The notes beneath the pieces were generated by a model, which was given only the letters and a program-made list of their open reading frames with translations, was not told the origin of the DNA and made no database searches. A DNA stretch of 64,000 nucleotides, taken from an uncultured virus (IMG/VR IMGVR_UViG_3300031951_000023). Its lineage: Duplodnaviria; Heunggongvirae; Uroviricota; Caudoviricetes. The stretch lies in the IMG/VR virus record IMGVR_UViG_3300031951_000023. One strand, 5' to 3'. Below are positions 18,001-27,017 of this stretch, in pieces. The translations under genes and the position numbers were made by a program. Within the stretch, counting starts at the first letter, position 1, and the number at the start of each line of letters is the position of its first letter.

Positions 18001-18114
18001 ATGTTTAAGAAATTTGATTTGGCTAGTTGTCTTTTTGTGATGATTCCAGTGGCGTTGGTCACATACCTTTTGGTGGCTAATGTCGTGCTGTGGGTAGCAT
18101 GGAAACAAATGTAA
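18001..18114 (+). CDS. Small membrane peptide (37 aa; absent from the ORF track)
   Basis: AGGAGGT RBS; MFKKFDLASCLFVMIPVALVTYLLVANVVLWVAWKQM. Confidence 0.65.
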   Translation: MFKKFDLASCLFVMIPVALVTYLLVANVVLWVAWKQM

Positions 18115-18186
18115 ACCAAATGGGGAGTGTAGCCTAAAAACTGCACTCCCTGCCTGGCTTTTTTTAACCCCTAGGAGAAGGATCTT

Positions 18187-18549
18187 ATGACACAGCCTAA
18201 TAAGAATTGGATAGCGGCTACAAGCTCTAAAGAGCTTAGGGAGATCTGTTCCCTGGCGAAGGAGCGAGCCAGGCTCTTAAAATTGCCAATAGAAGAAAGG
18301 ATTAAATTTGCAGCGCAGATAGTAGTCGGTAGAGTTAAAGACCACTGTTACAACGTAACAGTTCTTGGAATCGATGGCGACGAAGAAGAAATTAAGAACG
18401 ATGTTGGCTACGGTAAAGACGGTGATTCTGTTATTATTTTTCTAGAGGAGGCCAATGAAGAACTAGGATTTTCGCTAAACTTATATGAAGACATGCACAT
18501 AAAAAAAGACGTTTGGAGAAAAGCTATTAAAGATGCCATGGACAGCTAA
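18187..18549 (+). CDS. Hypothetical protein
   Basis: AGGAG RBS. Confidence 0.65.
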   Translation: MTQPNKNWIAATSSKELREICSLAKERARLLKLPIEERIKFAAQIVVGRVKDHCYNVTVLGIDGDEEEIKNDVGYGKDGDSVIIFLEEANEELGFSLNLYEDMHIKKDVWRKAIKDAMDS

Positions 18550-18599
18550 AAAAAGAGTGTAGCTTTTAAGCTACACTCTTTTTTTTTAGCTATCAGCTA
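18548..18599. terminator. Bidirectional terminator plus AGCTATCAG junction
   Basis: A7-GAGTGTAGCTT / AAGCTACACTC-T9 between convergent genes. Confidence 0.85.
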
Positions 18600-18602
18600 A
18601 CT

Positions 18603-21600
18603 TCAGAAATCACAACCGCCGGCAGTACATGCGTAGGTTTGAGAACCCACAGTCATGTCTTCGGTTTCATACCGTACCAGCTTGGACCAATCGATCTCAG
18701 GCAGCGCAGCCAGTCTCTTGTTGTACTCTTCTTCGGTGATCTCCTCATAGGGAGTACCAGTGTAAGTACCGTTATCCCTAGGCAGAAAGCTGACGCCGCT
18801 AACTTCATCGAAATGCTTGTGGACCCAGAGACCAGCTTCGAGCCACTCTCCGTCTTCCACATATATAGTGGCTGACACTGAGTGCTCCGCAAAATGCTTC
18901 TTCCATACAAGCCAATTCTCCAGTTGGTCGATCGCGGTTTGATCATGGCGTGTCAACGCTCCTTCCGGCGCTTTACGTGGGAACTCAAAACAAACCAAGG
19001 ATGGGTCTTCAGGAGCTACCATCCAAGGCACTCCCTGGTCCATTAGCATTCTCGCCACAGGGCTATCGCGACGTTCGCGAACCCTTCTGACGAAGAACTT
19101 ACCAAACCAGGCGTGTATGCCTGAACCACAGTTGTAGAACTGGCTGCTATCGCCACTAGGCTTGACGCAAGTGTCGGCTGCAGCCCTGTTGATGCCGATT
19201 TTCTTAGCCCACTCCTCGTTAGTCTTGGCGACCACGCCCTTAAGCTCCTCAAGAAGCTTTTCACGGCCTTCAGCGTCAGGTCTAAGAAGAGGACAGTCCA
19301 TCTGTCCAGTGATATCGACGCCAAGCAACGCCTCTTCTTCACAGTTCTTGTGCCATTCATTGCGAATGTACTTGAAGTTTGTGCAGCTGGCTTGCATGGT
19401 GCCGAAAATAGTGGCAATGCGGATCTTCTCTTTAAGAGTTTCAGCCGTATCGTTGGGTCTTGCAATAACAATTGTGAGATTGCAGAACTCGTGTGGCCTC
19501 AAAATGATCTCAGCGCAGTTTCCAGCGACCACACCGTTGGCTATAACGTTGTGAGTCTCTGGTTGGTTGAGGCAATATACGTCAGAGAAGCCGTCAGGAC
19601 GGATTTCCTTGACCTTCGTGACGTATTTCTCGTCTCTGTCAGCCATCCAGGTCTTGGTGTTGCCAAGAAAATCACTAAGGATGGAGCCAGGAAGACCAGA
19701 AACGCCAATCCTCTCATAGGCGATGGCGCAATTTGTCCTGTTTAGGATCAAACTGACCTTATCGTCATTGCTTGGATTGACGTCACGAAGCATTCCTATG
19801 TTATTTGTCTTGCCAGACCTCTTTGCAACCCTGGCAACAACGCCAAAGTTGGCAAAAAGCATCTGCAAACCAAGAAGGAAGCTCTTTGACGGGCTGTCAA
19901 TCTGCATCATGAAGCTCTGAGCGTCATTTTCACGGGTGGAAATGACCCTGGAAGCGCTGGACATGACAGCCGACAAGTAACCTGCGACCATAGAACGCTT
20001 TCCGCGCATTACAGTTTCAGGAATTGACGTCTTCATCTCGGACGTATCGCTCAAATAAGCCATCTCCGCCACTCTGTTGGTGAAAACCATGCCAGACATC
20101 TTGGGCTGGGTGCGCACATTTGCGGTCTTGTGCTTGTTCCCGCGCTTTCCGACGGCTGTAAGGCAGTCATCAACCATGTCCATGTTGTCCATGTCAGACA
20201 GGAAGTCCTCTATGGACAAGGTTTTAAGCCTTCTGTCGTTGGTTTCTACCTTTCCAGCACCGGCAACCACTCCAAGAAGCACTCCTGTCTTGTAATCGCC
20301 GTAAGGACCGAAGAAACCCTCGTCAGATTGAAGGCACAGAGTGTCTCCAGCCTTCAAATCTTTAAGTTGCTTACGCCCCTTGGCGGTTGGAAACTCATGA
20401 TTTTCGGTGCAAACGATCTCATGACCGTGCTCCGTTGTCAGCCTGAAGACCTTGGCCTGGGTTTGAGTCAGCTCAACTTGGCTAGCTGCCTTCAAATCCA
20501 CACCGACAACGATCTCTCCAGGCTTTTCACGGTTGTCAACAGTTACGTTCACCTCCATGCCTAGCTCGTAAAGGTCAACAATGCGCATCAGACCTTCGCT
20601 ACAGAAGATTCTTGTGTCTGGATGAAAGCAAGGGTTGGTTCCAAACTTGGCTTTCTTGCGTCGTTTGGGCAACATCTTCAAAACACCATCGCGATTGAAG
20701 ATACCTCGCTCTCCAGAACCAGACTTTGCCAGGCTGAGCCACTCGTCCATGAAGGCAACATCGCTTGGTTTGCTGTCATACACGGCAGAGTTGTTGGCCA
20801 TGGAACGGTGAACGTGGTTTTGCCACCATGCTCCACTCTTGGCTTCACGCATTTCTGAACTGCTAAGGTCAGAAAGAGAGATCAAAGCTGCACGCCTTAC
20901 GCCTCCAACCTGAACAATCTTGCCAACCATGCAAGCAAGGTCGTGGCAATCAAGCTCAGTAAGGTATTTGCCTTGGCGCTTGAGAATCAAATCGCGGGCA
21001 AACTTCAGAAGATCCTTTAGAGGCTCAGGCCCGCAGCTTCTACCGCCCTTGGTCTTGAGCTTTGCCCCAGCAGGTCTAATCCTGCTGAAGTCAAAATCAA
21101 TGTCATCTCCCTCAAACCAAGCCTTCAACCCCATATGTAAGGCATCGCACCAACCTTCTGTGGAGTCTTCAATAATGTGCTTGGTCTTCTCTGCAAGCTT
21201 TTGCCTCTTGATGCGAGGAAGATGCTCGATGTTGGCAGACTCAACGGAGAAGCCAGCACCTGTGCCTTGCATAAGAATGTAGAGAAGCTCGACAAAGGAG
21301 AACAAATCAACGATAGGCAAGTAAGAGCAGTTGAAAACACCAACGTTGCATCGGTCCAAAGGAGCTCCAGCCATCTGAACAACCCGCATAGCAGGGCTTG
21401 CTTTCAAGTTATATAGATAGCTGAACAACTCATTCCATTGGCTTTCTTCAACATTCTTAAGTCTTGGCTGCTTTTGAAACCAGCCAATCACACGATCACA
21501 CACTTCTTGCCAAGTTTCACGCCTATTGGCTTTTTCATTCCATCGTGCAAACTTGGTAATAAGCTGAAAGTACTGAATAGGCTCATCAAAGTTCTTGGCG

Positions 21601-21986
21601 TCATCAGCAATCATCGCCTTGATCTTCTCATCCACAGGAACAAGCTCACGCGACTTCTTCCTTTCTTCCTTGTAAACGGTGTAATGAGTAGCTTCAGTGT
21701 CGCGATTGAAAGCCCATAGCTGCTGGATTACCAAATTCTGAATGCTTTCAACATTAACAGGACTAGTCAAAGTCTTGACGATAAGACTGATAACGGCGTT
21801 AGTGATATTCTCAGCTTCCTTCTCAGCTTCGTCAGGATTCCAACCACCTCCATTCACCAAAGCTCGCTTGATTGCGCTATGAACCTTGCTGACCTTGAAG
21901 TCTTCTGATCCACCACCTCTCTTTTGGACCTTGAATTTAGACTCAATTTTCTTGACAATGTCCTTAGACTTGTTTGCAGGACTCAT
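18603..21986 (-). CDS. nrdJ: Class II (B12-dependent) ribonucleotide reductase with N-terminal ATP-cone and intein
   Basis: FNCSY, GTGAGFS, VGGVRRAALISLS, ANNS, GERGIFN, GTNP|C.EI, FCNLT, TCVKPSG, C-terminal ACTAGGC. Confidence 0.9.
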   Translation of the reverse strand: MSPANKSKDIVKKIESKFKVQKRGGGSEDFKVSKVHSAIKRALVNGGGWNPDEAEKEAENITNAVISLIVKTLTSPVNVESIQNLVIQQLWAFNRDTEATHYTVYKEERKKSRELVPVDEKIKAMIADDAKNFDEPIQYFQLITKFARWNEKANRRETWQEVCDRVIGWFQKQPRLKNVEESQWNELFSYLYNLKASPAMRVVQMAGAPLDRCNVGVFNCSYLPIVDLFSFVELLYILMQGTGAGFSVESANIEHLPRIKRQKLAEKTKHIIEDSTEGWCDALHMGLKAWFEGDDIDFDFSRIRPAGAKLKTKGGRSCGPEPLKDLLKFARDLILKRQGKYLTELDCHDLACMVGKIVQVGGVRRAALISLSDLSSSEMREAKSGAWWQNHVHRSMANNSAVYDSKPSDVAFMDEWLSLAKSGSGERGIFNRDGVLKMLPKRRKKAKFGTNPCFHPDTRIFCSEGLMRIVDLYELGMEVNVTVDNREKPGEIVVGVDLKAASQVELTQTQAKVFRLTTEHGHEIVCTENHEFPTAKGRKQLKDLKAGDTLCLQSDEGFFGPYGDYKTGVLLGVVAGAGKVETNDRRLKTLSIEDFLSDMDNMDMVDDCLTAVGKRGNKHKTANVRTQPKMSGMVFTNRVAEMAYLSDTSEMKTSIPETVMRGKRSMVAGYLSAVMSSASRVISTRENDAQSFMMQIDSPSKSFLLGLQMLFANFGVVARVAKRSGKTNNIGMLRDVNPSNDDKVSLILNRTNCAIAYERIGVSGLPGSILSDFLGNTKTWMADRDEKYVTKVKEIRPDGFSDVYCLNQPETHNVIANGVVAGNCAEIILRPHEFCNLTIVIARPNDTAETLKEKIRIATIFGTMQASCTNFKYIRNEWHKNCEEEALLGVDITGQMDCPLLRPDAEGREKLLEELKGVVAKTNEEWAKKIGINRAAADTCVKPSGDSSQFYNCGSGIHAWFGKFFVRRVRERRDSPVARMLMDQGVPWMVAPEDPSLVCFEFPRKAPEGALTRHDQTAIDQLENWLVWKKHFAEHSVSATIYVEDGEWLEAGLWVHKHFDEVSGVSFLPRDNGTYTGTPYEEITEEEYNKRLAALPEIDWSKLVRYETEDMTVGSQTYACTAGGCDF
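19518..20630 (-). mobile_element. Intein (371 aa) with degenerate LAGLIDADG endonuclease, at the RNR active-site Cys
   Basis: Starts CFHPDTRI; block B CTENHEF; ends VYCLNQPETHNVIANGVVAGN|C. Confidence 0.9.
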
Positions 21987-22128
21987 CTTTCTACCCTTTC
22001 AACTCAACAAAAAAAGAACCGCCAAATGCGGCGGTAAGAGGATTGTAGAAAGGAAGCAAAAAGCAAGCAAACGGATTTAATAATTAGACATAAGTACAAA
22101 GCCACACTGGTTTAATGGAAGCGGTAAC

Positions 22129-22713
22129 ATGAGCAAAGAGTCAAAACCCGCAAATATTTTTCCAGTTAGTCCAGCTGCGGGCTTGCTTGGACTTACCACA
22201 ATAGCCGGATCAGCCCTAGCTGAACCAACAGGCGGAAAAGGCAAGAACAAATACACAAGGCTACTAGACCTTATTCGAGGAGGCATGAAAGGACTGGCAA
22301 CAGGAACAGGAGCAATAGGAGGTTATGGCGTAGGAGGAGCTTTGTCAGGATCAACAGATAGTTCTGTAACTCCAGGAAAAGCCTTGGGAGCAATACTTGG
22401 AGCCTTAGGCTCAAACTATCTTGCAAACAAACTGTCCGTGTTGGCTGGACTAGAAGAAGAGCCTTCAGCCCTAAAGTATGCAGCAAAGAGCGAAACACTA
22501 AAAAGCCTGATAACAGCCAAAGAGCTATCAGACAAGAAACAATATATAAGGAAGAATATAATACTTAGAGCACTTGTATCAGCAGCTCCAGACGAATTCG
22601 ACATAAGCGACGAACCAAAGAACGGTATTGTGGGATTAACGCACAAACCCACAAACTTCAGAATACACATGCTTCAATCACACATGCCTTCAGCCTTCTA
22701 TTCGAGAAACTAA
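22129..22713 (+). CDS. Glycine-zipper membrane protein, putative internal head/ejection protein
   Basis: GxxxG-rich helices; LKYAA motif. Confidence 0.6.
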   Translation: MSKESKPANIFPVSPAAGLLGLTTIAGSALAEPTGGKGKNKYTRLLDLIRGGMKGLATGTGAIGGYGVGGALSGSTDSSVTPGKALGAILGALGSNYLANKLSVLAGLEEEPSALKYAAKSETLKSLITAKELSDKKQYIRKNIILRALVSAAPDEFDISDEPKNGIVGLTHKPTNFRIHMLQSHMPSAFYSRN

Positions 22714-22714
22714 G

Positions 22715-23797
22715 ATGACCGACACTCTTCTAAAGATGGAATACTTGCTCCTTCCAGAAATGGTCAAGGAAGCAATTAAGTCTCTTAAGCCATTTCACGA
22801 AAAGGTTTCTAGCGCCCTTGAAGACAATTCAGTTGTCTGGTTCGATGCAGACAATCCAGGATTACTAACTACAGATTGCCTATCAACAGTAGAGAACATG
22901 CAGAAGAAAGGATTTGAAATAGGTCATAGGGAAACAAAGCTGCCTGAAAACAAGAGATGGATATTCGTAAAGAGAGCAGCAGAGCCATTGAAAGCAAAAG
23001 ATACTCTTTCAACGATTCCCAAGCTAATGAACTTGGCTCCAAACTCCTTCAATCAAAACTTCGGAGAGTTTGGAACAAGCCCTTTATTCTCAATGTTAAC
23101 TAGCGGAGCTTTAGGAGGCGGCGCGGGATATTTGACAGGAAGTCTGCTAGAAAGACTATTTCCAGAAAGGTTTGTAAAAAGAGACAGGCTCAACAAGACT
23201 CTTGGAGTCATTGGAGCTTTGGGCGGAGCAGCAATTCCAGCATATCTAGGAGTTGTAGGAATGAGGAATTGGGACGACAAGGATAAGAGTAAGTGGAATG
23301 CCTGGGTAAAGCCAAATGTGTTCTGGGGTTCTCAGCCAGAAGAAAAACCTCAAGAAAAAATCTCAGAAGCAATCAATAGAGCATTTGAAGGAATAAAAGA
23401 TATACACCCAAACAAAGAATCAGAACAAATGCTAGATGACTATATGCAAAAGCAATCTCTATCCCAATCAGGCATAGAAAACCTTCCAACCATTCCTGTC
23501 GACGCATTCAACAGATCAGTAATGATGGATCCTTTTGCCTCAATACCACTAAGAACAGCAACAGTCGGACTAACAGAAGCAGCAAACCAATCAAAAGGAA
23601 ACATGGGAATCATATCTCCATTCGACATTTCAAGAGTAGGACTTGGAATGGGCGCTGGATTATCCCAGGCATATATAGGCGGAAAGGTGCTTGGAGCATT
23701 AGCTGGTCTGACACCAACAGCCCAAAGAACATTACAGAATACAGGAATGTTCGCTGGAGCACTAAAGGCAGTAATACCAGGATTGTTTGGTCAATAA
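22715..23797 (+). CDS. Glycine-zipper membrane protein, putative internal head/ejection protein
   Basis: GALGGGAGYLTG, GVIGALGGAA; VKEA, VKRAA and QKQS motifs. Confidence 0.6.
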   Translation: MTDTLLKMEYLLLPEMVKEAIKSLKPFHEKVSSALEDNSVVWFDADNPGLLTTDCLSTVENMQKKGFEIGHRETKLPENKRWIFVKRAAEPLKAKDTLSTIPKLMNLAPNSFNQNFGEFGTSPLFSMLTSGALGGGAGYLTGSLLERLFPERFVKRDRLNKTLGVIGALGGAAIPAYLGVVGMRNWDDKDKSKWNAWVKPNVFWGSQPEEKPQEKISEAINRAFEGIKDIHPNKESEQMLDDYMQKQSLSQSGIENLPTIPVDAFNRSVMMDPFASIPLRTATVGLTEAANQSKGNMGIISPFDISRVGLGMGAGLSQAYIGGKVLGALAGLTPTAQRTLQNTGMFAGALKAVIPGLFGQ

Positions 23798-23816
23798 GGT
23801 ATAGGAGGAAGGATCC

Positions 23817-24806
23817 ATGTATGAATCTTCTCACGAAGAAGCAATAAGAATGGAAAGAGAAGTGAACGAAAACGCCTCAGAAGATATAAGGCAGCATTCG
23901 TACATACTTCCATTCGGCTTTTCTATTTCAGCAAGATCATTCGATTTAGAAGAAAGCGTATATACAGTTCAAGAATTCATGGAAGAACAATTAAAGCTTC
24001 TTAGAGAAAGTTATATTGCAACATATGCTCAGTTAGATGAAATAAATCCAACTCTAGGCACAGCAGTCAGACAATATATAGCCGCAATGATAGAACTATC
24101 TCAAGAAGCAATAAAAGACTATATGGAAAGACCAGAAGGCTCGATATCAAATAGACGCTCTTCAGTAAGGTATTTAAACAACAGAAACAGAAAAGCATGG
24201 TTAGACTTGCTACAGAATAAGATAGACCAAGAATTAGCCCTAATGGCAAGAATAGCTGCTCCTCTAAGAAACCAAGGACTGTATTCAAGGTTAGTATTGG
24301 AAAGAGGAGAAGTTCTAAGAGAAAGGAATGCTTTGATAAATCAGTTATTGGATATGTCGGGAGTAATGGAAGAAAGAGAAAGAATAGAACAAGTAGATGT
24401 TCCTGATAGAGAGATTCCAGGAACAACCATGTACAACCCATGGTATGGATACTCGGAGATGTATGAGGATGAGATCTATTATCCTCAAGAGCCATTGCCT
24501 GAAAGTTCTCTGGTTCAACTAACAAGAGCTGACACGTCAAATCCTGAATCAAACAGATGGGTAATAAGTTTAGGAAAGAATGGCTCAAATGATATTTTTT
24601 TAAATGATAGAAAATTACCTGTAACAGCTTATGACGTTCACTCTGAGAACGGAGATACGATACTTAGTTTGAGAGTGCTTGTGGTTCGAGGGCGTGATAC
24701 ACTGATGTTGTCTAGCCAGAGTTCAGACGATACTGATAGAAGGGATGAGACGTGTAAGTCGGTAAACGACTTCAGGGTTTTAGACAGAGTGCTTAAGCTA
24801 GATTAA
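23817..24806 (+). CDS. Hypothetical acidic protein
   Basis: 329-aa ORF; AGGAGG RBS. Confidence 0.7.
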   Translation: MYESSHEEAIRMEREVNENASEDIRQHSYILPFGFSISARSFDLEESVYTVQEFMEEQLKLLRESYIATYAQLDEINPTLGTAVRQYIAAMIELSQEAIKDYMERPEGSISNRRSSVRYLNNRNRKAWLDLLQNKIDQELALMARIAAPLRNQGLYSRLVLERGEVLRERNALINQLLDMSGVMEERERIEQVDVPDREIPGTTMYNPWYGYSEMYEDEIYYPQEPLPESSLVQLTRADTSNPESNRWVISLGKNGSNDIFLNDRKLPVTAYDVHSENGDTILSLRVLVVRGRDTLMLSSQSSDDTDRRDETCKSVNDFRVLDRVLKLD

Positions 24807-24823
24807 GTATAGAAAGGGCTATC

Positions 24824-25186
24824 ATGGCTGAAGACATTGTAAAAAACAGCAAAGTGTTTTCTTTCAGAGACCTGAGGTATTGGGCTCAGGACGGAATGGT
24901 TGCGATTATTGATGAGAAAGCAGGTGATATCAAATATGAAGCCCCAATGACTATGAGATATAGAGCAGTTTCATTTGCAAGAGAAGCTGAGCACATGAGA
25001 GATCGTGGTGGTCACTACGTTGACGAACGCCGCGAACTATTGCAAGCAGCTAAAAATCTTATGGAAGTTATAAAGGCTGCTGAAGATCAGGGAAATCCAA
25101 TGGACCCTGACATTCGCAGACAACAAGCTGAAGAACGAAAGAGAGTTTATGTCTCACTGTCAGGCCTGAATATTCCAAAGAGGTGA
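24824..25186 (+). CDS. Hypothetical protein
   Basis: ORF with RBS. Confidence 0.7.
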   Translation: MAEDIVKNSKVFSFRDLRYWAQDGMVAIIDEKAGDIKYEAPMTMRYRAVSFAREAEHMRDRGGHYVDERRELLQAAKNLMEVIKAAEDQGNPMDPDIRRQQAEERKRVYVSLSGLNIPKR

Positions 25187-25189
25187 TTC

Positions 25190-25654
25190 ATGGATCCTCT
25201 GACCAGTTTCAAGTTAGCTTTTATAAGTAGATGTCTGGACGAAGGTCTAACTCTTGCTCAGATGAACGAGCGAGTTAAGACTGCCATTCATAAGCTTGAG
25301 AAACAAGCTGACAACGAAACTCTTGGGTCAAGGCTAGCTAAAGGTCTTGGCACAGGCATAACTTTAAACACTCTTGGAGCTTCTACTCCAGTTCAGAACG
25401 CAGGTGCGGCTTTGGCTGCTACTGGATACTCTGACTGGATACTCAATAACGCTCCAAAGATACTGGCAGCTACAGGCATAGCAGCCACAGGTTCTGGTAT
25501 TCTGGCTGGTAAAGCCTTGGCTGACATGCGCTCAGATCCTTTGGCCGAGCAAGAAGCAAAAGCCGAGGAAGTAATAAACGACTTAGCTATTCAGAAGGCT
25601 AAGATCAGGATGAAGAACAAACTTAGAAGGCTTAAAGAAAGCGGCGGTATATGA
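25190..25654 (+). CDS. Putative virion protein with KxA leader and hydrophobic helix
   Basis: VKTA / LEKQA; GIAATGSGILAG. Confidence 0.65.
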   Translation: MDPLTSFKLAFISRCLDEGLTLAQMNERVKTAIHKLEKQADNETLGSRLAKGLGTGITLNTLGASTPVQNAGAALAATGYSDWILNNAPKILAATGIAATGSGILAGKALADMRSDPLAEQEAKAEEVINDLAIQKAKIRMKNKLRRLKESGGI

Positions 25655-25995
25655 AGATACTGAATCAGTTTGGTGTTGGGGCTAAGTATCGCGCTGATTC
25701 AAGAGCTGTAACTTCGCAAGGCTTTCCCTTAATGGGAAACGCCACGCCAAATCTAACTCAGGAAGAGTACGACAATATACCTCACGGCGTTAATGCGAAT
25801 GTGAAGGTATTTGATCTTGGTAATTCTTCAGATTTAGAAGAATATACACAGATACTGGATAAGATAGTCAACGGGTTATTCCGTCTAATAGATAGGACTA
25901 AGCTCATATCTGAAGACGGTAAAGAGATAAGAATCCATCTGGAATGGGGCGAAGTAGTCGGCATCATTCCAAAGAACGTACAGAGGAGACTGTGA
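25651..25995 (+). CDS. Hypothetical protein
   Basis: ATGA translational coupling. Confidence 0.7.
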   Translation: MKILNQFGVGAKYRADSRAVTSQGFPLMGNATPNLTQEEYDNIPHGVNANVKVFDLGNSSDLEEYTQILDKIVNGLFRLIDRTKLISEDGKEIRIHLEWGEVVGIIPKNVQRRL

Positions 25996-25997
25996 CC

Positions 25998-27014
25998 ATG
26001 TCTCAAGAAAAGAAAGCAGATGAAATTGATGATTCAAACAGAGCGGTAAATAAAACTTACGGACTGCTGAGCCAAGTTCTTCTAGGTTCGGCCATGCTTG
26101 GAGCTGGAGCCAGAGCGGCTCAGGAAATTCCTGGCGTCTTCAAAAAGAATAAAGCCAAGTTCAGGTCTAGAACCCCATCAATACTTCCTCTTCCCCATCC
26201 AAACTATACGGAAGATCCTGAAGAGGACGTAAAAGAGCAGATTGTAGAAGAAGCTATAAAGGCATCTTCTGAAAAGCCAACGCAAAGCAACCTTATAGCC
26301 AAGGCCTTAGGCGCTTACAGAAAACCATATGAACAAGCTAGCTGGCTTCACGGCCACGAAGCTCAAAGCCCTGCAGAAGCGCCAATTTTCTGGCCTCTCA
26401 GTATTCTTGGCGGCTTGGGAACTATGTATGGCGGCTACAAGCTGACCAACGCCATTCTCAACTCAAGACGAGCCAAGCAGATTCAAGAAGATGTTTCTGA
26501 TGAGGCGGAAGAGTTCAACAAGGCTCTAATGGAGTCTTATGACGAAGATAAACTAAAGATGCAAAAAGCCGGTTCTGGGGATAAGGCTGTAGCCAAAGAG
26601 CTGCGGTACAACCTGGAAAAGCTAGCGTACATTCTTAAGATATCTGGCAAATATCCTCCTTATAAAGTTGAGGCTAGCGGTGATCTTATACCTACTAGCA
26701 GAATGATTACAGACCCTATTTATGAGCAAGCAGGCATTGACCCTAATGCGGCAAGAGCTTCTTTAGAATCCGCCGGTAACATAATTGGAGGTTTGGGGCT
26801 TACAGCTTTGGCTGGTTTGCCTGTTCTTGGAACAACCCTTGGATACGAATACTTCAGCAAGAGAGATCCTTCCAAGCTCCTTGGCGAAATAGCCAGAGAA
26901 AGAGCTGCTGCAAGGCAGGCTGCTTCTCCTCCAAAGCTTATGGCTCTTCCAATTCATGAAAAGAAGAAAAAAGTAGAAGAGTCTGAAGACCAGGAAGAAG
27001 ATAACGAGGAATAA
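25998..27014 (+). CDS. Glycine-zipper membrane protein, putative internal head/ejection protein
   Basis: GAGGAG RBS; three Gly-rich hydrophobic helices; EKKA, QKAG and EKLA motifs. Confidence 0.6.
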   Translation: MSQEKKADEIDDSNRAVNKTYGLLSQVLLGSAMLGAGARAAQEIPGVFKKNKAKFRSRTPSILPLPHPNYTEDPEEDVKEQIVEEAIKASSEKPTQSNLIAKALGAYRKPYEQASWLHGHEAQSPAEAPIFWPLSILGGLGTMYGGYKLTNAILNSRRAKQIQEDVSDEAEEFNKALMESYDEDKLKMQKAGSGDKAVAKELRYNLEKLAYILKISGKYPPYKVEASGDLIPTSRMITDPIYEQAGIDPNAARASLESAGNIIGGLGLTALAGLPVLGTTLGYEYFSKRDPSKLLGEIARERAAARQAASPPKLMALPIHEKKKKVEESEDQEEDNEE

Positions 27015-27017
27015 GCC

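Noticed and set aside
15956..18599. CRISPR array from the recurring TTTTAGCTATCAG
   Set aside because: The repeat is only about 13-17 bp, and spacing is 500-750 bp with whole genes in between; no cas genes are present.
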